Assembly (NCBI GenBank): GCA_052139735.1
Contig: JBKQWB010000038.1
Location: 37,766-101,765 of the forward strand
Length of the DNA: 64,000 nt
From: Smithella sp.
GTDB lineage: Bacteria > Desulfobacterota > Syntrophia > Syntrophales > Smithellaceae
Reading direction: 5' to 3'
Under the pieces are notes generated by a model. That model saw nothing but the letters and a program-made list of their open reading frames with translations. It searched no databases and was not told the DNA's origin. This document shows, piece after piece, positions 59,065 to 64,000 of this stretch. The translations under genes were made by a program, and so were the position numbers. Positions within the stretch are counted from its first letter, which is position 1; every line of letters begins with the position of its first letter.

Positions 59065-60987
59065 TTAGGTGCTGTTGAATTTCTTTAAAATAACATTTTT
59101 GACTTCAAACCAAATAGCAACCGGATCAGAAATTGATGCATGCATCATTTGCGGATTTCCTTTAAGGATTTGTGCTGACCAATATCCCGCTAGTTTATTT
59201 TTGTTTTCAGCGCTTGCCGATTGCGCTTGTCTTATAGTATTAGCAGGTATAGCCAGTTTGATCTTCTGTTTGCCGATTAATACATCTTCGTAAACTTCTT
59301 CGTCCGCTTGTATGGGCTGCTCTTCCATTTCTTTTTGTTTTGTCTCAACGGGTCTGGATTCTCGTTGAGGAGGAATAGGCGCTACAGGAGGTTGGGGCAT
59401 TGCCGTTGCCGGCCCAACAGGTTTAGATTCTTCCTGTTGAGGAGGAATATTATTTGCAGAAGTTCTCGCGAGGGGTACACCCTGAACAGGGACATAATTT
59501 GTAGAAAGTTTTGCCAGTGGCACTGTTTTGGGTGGAACAGGTCTGGTTTCCCGTTGAGGAGGAATAGGCGCTGCGGAAGGTTGTTCCTGCATTTCCATTC
59601 CCGGTGGAACAGATCTATCTTCTTCCCATTGAGAAGGAATAGCTTCTGAAGAAGGTTGCTCCTGCATTTCCAATCCAGATTGAACAGGTCTATCTTCTTC
59701 CCATTGAGAAGGAATAGCTTCTGCAGAAGGTTGCTCCTGCATTTCCAATCCTGATTGAACAGGTCTACCTTCTTCCCATTGAGGAGGAATAGGCCCTACA
59801 GAAGGTTGCTCCTGCATTTCGATTCCCGATTGAACAGGTCTGGCTTCTTCCCGTTGAGGGGGAATAGGCCGCGCCGAAGGCTGACCCGGCATTTCCATTC
59901 CCGATGAAACAGGTCTGGCTTCCTCTCGTTGAGGAGGAATAGGCCGTGCTGCAGGAGGCTGCATCGGCATATCCATTCTCGGTGGAACAGGTCTGGCTTC
60001 TTCCCGTTGAGGAGGAATAGGCGCTGAAGGAACTTCTGTTTTAGGTGCCTCTTTCTTTGGAACTGAAGCTCTGGGTGTTTTTTCAGTTTCCGGTTCTTCA
60101 ATGCTTTCACCGGATGGCTCTGCCTCTGGACGGGTCTGCGGCTTGTGTTTTTTCAAAGAGGTTTTGCTTAATTTTTGAAAGCGATCGGCGATTTGCACAG
60201 CAATTTCACCGGATATGGATTCAAATTCGTTTGTTTCGCCTGCTTTTATACAAAGTTTGCATATCTTGTTAATCAGGCGGGGTACGCCGTGTTCGGAAAA
60301 TTCCCAGATTACAGGAATGGCGTCATCGTCGAATATTTTTCTTTGAGTGCCGGCAATCTTGAGTCTTGCTTCAATATAAGTTTTAACAGCTTCCTCTGAG
60401 GGCAGTTTTTCTAAATGACCATAAGTGCCAATCCGTTGAAATAAATTAGCCCGTTTAGGATGTTCTAATGTCTGAGCAAATTCCATCTGGCCGACAAGAA
60501 GCAAGGTGAAAAGATTACGATCATCATCCTGCATATTGGTTAAAAGTCGTAAATCATCTAAATTAGAGGTAGATAAAACATTGGCTTCATCAATAACAAT
60601 TACAATTTTTTTGCCCTGGTCCGCTGTTTCAAAAAGAAGACGATTAAACTTTTCCTGCAAATCGACCTTATTTTTTATTTCACATTGCTTACCTGTTATC
60701 TGTCCGATAATTTCTTTTAACAGTTGTACGAAAGAAAGAGCGGGATTGGTAATTAAAGCGACTTTGTATCTTTCCGGCTCCAATGAATCAATGATTACTC
60801 GCAGGGAAAGAGTTTTACCTAAACCTACTTCGCCAACAATGACTGTGAGACATTCATTGCCCTCTTTAATGGCATAAATCGTTTCAGCAATAACATTTTC
60901 CATAGATTCATGGCAGTCCACATACATTGAAGCATCAGGAACATTGTCGAAAGGTGGCTTAGTTAAATTCCAATATTCGCTATACAT
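59065..60987 (-). CDS. ExeA/MshM-like AAA ATPase with long Pro/Glu/Gln-rich tandem-repeat region
   Basis: 640 aa. The N-terminus YWNLTKPPFDNVPDASMYVDCHESMENVIAETIYAIKEG...VGEVGLGKT (Walker A) and IVIVIDEAN (Walker B) fit the ExeA/GspA pattern. Residues ~322-548 are repeats of PIPPQREEARPV.SG.EMQEQPS. I see no TM helix. Confidence 0.8.
   Translation of the reverse strand: MYSEYWNLTKPPFDNVPDASMYVDCHESMENVIAETIYAIKEGNECLTVIVGEVGLGKTLSLRVIIDSLEPERYKVALITNPALSFVQLLKEIIGQITGKQCEIKNKVDLQEKFNRLLFETADQGKKIVIVIDEANVLSTSNLDDLRLLTNMQDDDRNLFTLLLVGQMEFAQTLEHPKRANLFQRIGTYGHLEKLPSEEAVKTYIEARLKIAGTQRKIFDDDAIPVIWEFSEHGVPRLINKICKLCIKAGETNEFESISGEIAVQIADRFQKLSKTSLKKHKPQTRPEAEPSGESIEEPETEKTPRASVPKKEAPKTEVPSAPIPPQREEARPVPPRMDMPMQPPAARPIPPQREEARPVSSGMEMPGQPSARPIPPQREEARPVQSGIEMQEQPSVGPIPPQWEEGRPVQSGLEMQEQPSAEAIPSQWEEDRPVQSGLEMQEQPSSEAIPSQWEEDRSVPPGMEMQEQPSAAPIPPQRETRPVPPKTVPLAKLSTNYVPVQGVPLARTSANNIPPQQEESKPVGPATAMPQPPVAPIPPQRESRPVETKQKEMEEQPIQADEEVYEDVLIGKQKIKLAIPANTIRQAQSASAENKNKLAGYWSAQILKGNPQMMHASISDPVAIWFEVKNVILKKFNST
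59344..60024 (-). repeat. In-frame 75 bp tandem repeat array inside the ExeA-like gene
   Basis: The motif gaaggttgctcctgcatttcc recurs at 59651, 59726 and 59801 (period 75 bp). The motif aggtctgg.ttc..cgttgaggaggaatagg recurs about 8 times between 59350 and 60020. There are six well-conserved units plus degenerate flanking units. Confidence 0.85.
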
Positions 60988-61057
60988 CTTTCTTCTCCTA
61001 ATAAACCATTATAAAATATATAAAGTTTATCCTTCCGTATTAAATAATAAAACAAAT

Positions 61058-61792
61058 TTAATGTTCATTGTTGAGTTGAGCGAATTGAGCATCATTACTC
61101 AAATATTCCAGTATATCTTCCAGTAAAAAGCGTCTCATCCTTCCCAGTTTGTAACTCTTAATCTTATTCTCATGGACAAGTTTTTGCAAAAAGCTGCGGC
61201 TGACTTGGAGCATCTGACAAACTTGATTGGGAGCCAGCATTCTTATAAGCAAAGAATCATTAAAACGAAAATTGATAGCAAGTTGTCCATCAGCATTAAG
61301 TTTTATATCAAATGACGGATCATTTTTTGTTCCGCTCAATAATTCTTTTATATATTCTGATTGTTGCAAAAGCGTGGATTGTTCCTTTGTCATAATGATG
61401 GAAATAACAGAAGAGGAATTGTCGATGAATTCTTCTACTATTTTTTTATCTGGAAATTCCTTTTGGTTCTCCATGGCAACACTGCTGACAAATTCTTCCG
61501 CCGTTTCTTTATCTGGAAATTCGCTTTGGTTCTCCATGGCGAAGCTTCTTACAAATTCCTCTACCATTTTCTTATCTGGAGATTCGCTTTGGTTCTGCAT
61601 GTTGATGCTGTTGAGATATTCCTCTTCTATCTTTTTATCAGGTTTTTTATCAGGGAATGCGATGCGATTATCTATGGCGATGCTGCTGACAACGGCTTGG
61701 GTAGGAATAGTATCAATCTTTTCCGGTTGTGGAAGTTTAACTTCCGGTTGGGCGTATTGTTGACGCCTTCTTACAATGCAGATCTTTTCCAT
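61058..61792 (-). CDS. Excisionase/MerR-type helix-turn-helix protein with acidic tandem repeats
   Basis: I chose the ATG at 61792 (MEKICIVRRR...) behind CAGGAG. The ORF-track start at 61888 adds a hydrophobic junk-like extension. The C-terminal LAPNQVCQMLQVSRSFLQKLVHENKIKSYKLGRMRRFLLEDILEYL is an HTH_17-like motif. Confidence 0.7.
   Translation of the reverse strand: MEKICIVRRRQQYAQPEVKLPQPEKIDTIPTQAVVSSIAIDNRIAFPDKKPDKKIEEEYLNSINMQNQSESPDKKMVEEFVRSFAMENQSEFPDKETAEEFVSSVAMENQKEFPDKKIVEEFIDNSSSVISIIMTKEQSTLLQQSEYIKELLSGTKNDPSFDIKLNADGQLAINFRFNDSLLIRMLAPNQVCQMLQVSRSFLQKLVHENKIKSYKLGRMRRFLLEDILEYLSNDAQFAQLNNEH
61418..61654 (-). repeat. In-frame 63 bp tandem repeat array inside the HTH gene
   Basis: atctgga(a/g)attc(c/g)(t/c)tttggttct(c/g)catg recurs at 61448, 61511 and 61574 (period 63 bp). 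It encodes PDKK.VEEF..S.AMENQ.EF units, three good and one or two degenerate. Confidence 0.8.
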
Positions 61793-62034
61793 AGTACTCC
61801 TGATAATCTTTGTTGAACAAAAAACAATTATTGTTGGAAAAACTTGATAATAAAAAAGTCTTTCCAGTAGAAACCTAATTTCAGCCATTAATGCAAGGCT
61901 GCAAAATTTGGTTTAAATATATATTAATGTAGCTTATTTAGTAAGTAAAATCAAGATAATATTTTGCTCTGTAGACGTTAAAACCCCTGCTGTACGGGTG
62001 TGTAAAATTATCCGGATAATTGCAGCAGGAAGTT

Positions 62035-63729
62035 TTACTTGATAAGAAGACTTTTTTCCCCAAGATGTATTGTATAAAATATAGCCAAAAAACAAAGAAA
62101 AAGAGCAAGAGCAAAAGAGCAGATTATCCATGCCATCTGTATCAATGAAAGACTCTGTCCGCGCAATTGGGCCATAAAGATGTAATACACTGGTCCGGCT
62201 TCCAGAATTATAACCACAGCTATTAAACTGAAACTGAGAATCATGAAAAGCAATCCGCCAAAGCCGGTTACAACCTGCACCGGATTTTCCGATTTAAAAT
62301 CCGCGTAGATGGCTCCCAATCCGGTGGCCAGGCCAACCACAGCAGGAACGAGACAAAATATTGTTATGGTTGATAGAACCATCATGAAAGGAGAAACTTG
62401 CAGAAATAAGTTGGAAAAGATAACCAGAATTTCTGCCAAAATTATCAGAGGCATGTAATATAAAAAAAATTTAATCCAGAGAAATCTTTTTGTCGATACC
62501 GGTGCCGCCTGAACAATCCAGAAGGCTTCGCCTTCCATGCTTACTGCCGGGAAAACAAAACGGGCGGATATAGCCGAGAGCACAGAAGCCGCCAGTCCTA
62601 TATTTAAGAAAGAAAATAAATTTTGCAGATAAATAGTTTTAATTGGCAAATTGTTCAGAGGTAAAACAGAAAAGTTGTAGAGATAAATTGTAACCAGTGC
62701 GGCCATTAAAAATAATTGCGGCCATTGTGACGAATCTCTGAAAAAAGTCCGGATTTCCTTGATGGCAAAAGCCCTCGATTCGCGCGGAAGAAAATTTAAT
62801 AAACTTTCCCAATTGAAACCCTTATATTTCAGTGGAGCAAAGAGGCGCCGGGGAGTTGTTTGTGATTTAGAAAAACCTGAAAAGTATGCGACCGTCGCGG
62901 TAATGTTATTGATAAAAATAAGCATGAAAGCAAAAGTTCCGGTAAGCGCTAAATTGAACAGGCATGTTTTTGTTTCGTTATCGAGGGCTGCTTTAATGGT
63001 ATCGGTAATCCATGTTGTGGGCAGAAGCGGCGAGTTTGGTGTCTGCATGGAATTTAAATAAAGAACAACGGAAGCAAAACTGTCAGGATTAACTAATTGC
63101 TCCGGTCGCGTTAAACGCAAAATAAAAACAAGAATCATTACCATAATAACGCCCAGAAGAATAAGAATTGTTCTGATTCGTCCGGCAGGAAGTATTATAG
63201 CGCCAAATAAAACTAAAATGCCGCCAAGCGCTGCAGTGATGAGGCACATGAAAATCATCGCCATTAAAAAAGTCACGTAGTAAATGATGTTTGCTTTGTA
63301 TATTAATCCATAAGATAAAAATATCGGAAGACTGAAGGCGACAATCATCCAGCAACTGTCAAAGGCGCTGAAAAGCCATTTTGAGAGAAAGATATCTTTT
63401 GAGGAAACCGGCAACGAATGCAGAAACGGTAAATCATAGCTCAAATACAAATGAGAAAGACAATTAATGATGTTGCTGAAAAGTAAAAGCGTAAAGAAGG
63501 TCATGATGAGCATGGACAAAAGTTTCATTGCCAATATGTTTCCGAAATCCTGCACACTTTGAAAATATAACAATACATGATAAAAAATAATAAATGTGCC
63601 TATCCAGAAAACAATGCCAAGCGCGCTGTACATGAAAATGCGCCCCCAGTTATTTTTTTTATTGCCCTGCCGCAAGCTGTTGATGCCGGAAAGTATGCGC
63701 GGCCTTAATAAAGAAAAAATAGTATTCAT
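62035..63729 (-). CDS. Large polytopic permease of a putative ABC exporter
   Basis: 564 aa with more than 10 predicted hydrophobic helices by eye. Its start overlaps the stop of the upstream ABC ATPase gene by 4 nt. Confidence 0.6.
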   Translation of the reverse strand: MNTIFSLLRPRILSGINSLRQGNKKNNWGRIFMYSALGIVFWIGTFIIFYHVLLYFQSVQDFGNILAMKLLSMLIMTFFTLLLFSNIINCLSHLYLSYDLPFLHSLPVSSKDIFLSKWLFSAFDSCWMIVAFSLPIFLSYGLIYKANIIYYVTFLMAMIFMCLITAALGGILVLFGAIILPAGRIRTILILLGVIMVMILVFILRLTRPEQLVNPDSFASVVLYLNSMQTPNSPLLPTTWITDTIKAALDNETKTCLFNLALTGTFAFMLIFINNITATVAYFSGFSKSQTTPRRLFAPLKYKGFNWESLLNFLPRESRAFAIKEIRTFFRDSSQWPQLFLMAALVTIYLYNFSVLPLNNLPIKTIYLQNLFSFLNIGLAASVLSAISARFVFPAVSMEGEAFWIVQAAPVSTKRFLWIKFFLYYMPLIILAEILVIFSNLFLQVSPFMMVLSTITIFCLVPAVVGLATGLGAIYADFKSENPVQVVTGFGGLLFMILSFSLIAVVIILEAGPVYYIFMAQLRGQSLSLIQMAWIICSFALALFLCFLAIFYTIHLGEKSLLIK

Positions 63730-64000
63730 ATAAAAGTATTCTCTTTAATGATAGTCAGAAATACTTCTTCGAGCCTGGCCTCGCCGAGTTTCGCGATACG
63801 CTTTAATTCATCAAGGCTGCCCTGGGCCAACAGTGTTCCTTTGTGAATTAATCCTATTTTATGGCATAAATCCTCCGCTATGCTTAAAGTGTGCGTGGAA
63901 ATAAAAATAGTCGTTTTATTGGCGGCCAGTTCTTTTAAAATATCCTTAACCATATGCACTGCCTCCGGATCAAGGCCGACCATTGGCTCATCAACGATCA
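63726..64000 (-). CDS. ABC transporter ATP-binding protein, C-terminal part (continues past the right edge)
   Basis: Reverse-strand translation from the edge gives IVDEPMVGLDPEAVHMVKDILKELAANKTTIFISTHTLSIAEDLCHKIGLIHKGTL..., with Walker B, D-loop and H-loop. The ORF-track M at 63983 is internal. Confidence 0.85.
   Translation of the reverse strand, partial: IVDEPMVGLDPEAVHMVKDILKELAANKTTIFISTHTLSIAEDLCHKIGLIHKGTLLAQGSLDELKRIAKLGEARLEEVFLTIIKENTFI

Noticed and set aside
59065-60987. ExeA-like ATPase plus TPR as a STAND/Avs-type antiphage NTPase
   Set aside because: The N-terminal Y.....PF...PD......H.E....L motif and the AAA_22-type Walker A context fit ExeA/GspA/MshM-family ATPases. The TPRs are in a separate protein. 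No effector (nuclease or similar) domain is seen.
59344-61654. Possible CRISPR array, because of regularly spaced repeats
   Set aside because: The repeats are contiguous with no unique spacers. They are in frame within long ORFs, have 75 and 63 bp periods (multiples of three), and encode coherent peptide repeats.
61793-61888. Upstream extension of the HTH gene to the ATG at 61888
   Set aside because: The extra 32 residues (MAEIRFLLERLFYYQVFPTIIVFCSTKIIRST) have no RBS. The internal ATG at 61792 has CAGGAG at ideal spacing.

Overview
This is a 64 kb window from an AT-rich bacterial chromosome. The organism is apparently an anaerobe with an outer membrane, since lptFG, lnt and a lipid A Ara4N pathway sit next to an [FeFe]-hydrogenase. 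I cannot assign taxonomy from sequence alone, and nothing here was checked against a database.

Layout:
- 1-10.9 kb, minus strand: an [FeFe]-hydrogenase locus. The order is six small DRTGG / GHKL-ATPase / PHP accessory genes, then hndA-B-C-D, a terminator, an AspA-family lyase, and hydF (I found hydF by hand; it runs off the left edge).
- 11.1-17.6 kb: tRNA-Pro, tRNA-Leu, tig-clpP-clpX-lon, tRNA-Val, tRNA-Asp.
- 17.7-28.5 kb: radical SAM gene, corC-lnt, prfB with its programmed +1 frameshift, an MltD-like LysM transglycosylase, panCD behind an attenuator-like leader, a divergent metK, and ahcY.
- 28.6-41.2 kb: lptGF on the minus strand, divergent from a 10-gene lipid A/LPS modification cluster (GT9, GT39, PAP2, arnT, arnB, arnC, split arnA, arnD).
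- 41.2-45 kb, minus strand: two small AT-rich orphan genes, a DAACS transporter, a secreted VanX-type dipeptidase and a YkuD-type L,D-transpeptidase.
- 45-57.8 kb: M23 peptidase, secA, argJ, rpsB-tsf-pyrH-frr, uppS-cdsA-dxr-rseP-tsaB.
- 58.1-64 kb, minus strand: TPR protein, ExeA/MshM-like AAA ATPase, excisionase-type HTH protein, and an ABC exporter pair.

Most worth a second look:
- HndC (NuoF-like) is fused to a complete GltD/NfnB-like NADPH-flavoprotein module, and the usual N-terminal Cys motif of that module sits at the extreme C-terminus.
- The catalytic subunit carries TSCSPGW instead of the canonical TSCCPxW H-cluster motif.
- An uncharacterised DRTGG / kinase-like / PHP module precedes the hydrogenase genes.
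- A roughly 175 nt intergenic repeat with a conserved GAA(A)-loop hairpin occurs after frr and again after tsaB.
- The HTH / ExeA-like / TPR trio has two adjacent genes that each carry long in-frame tandem repeats (63 bp and 75 bp periods).

I saw no CRISPR array, rRNA, intact transposase or prophage.
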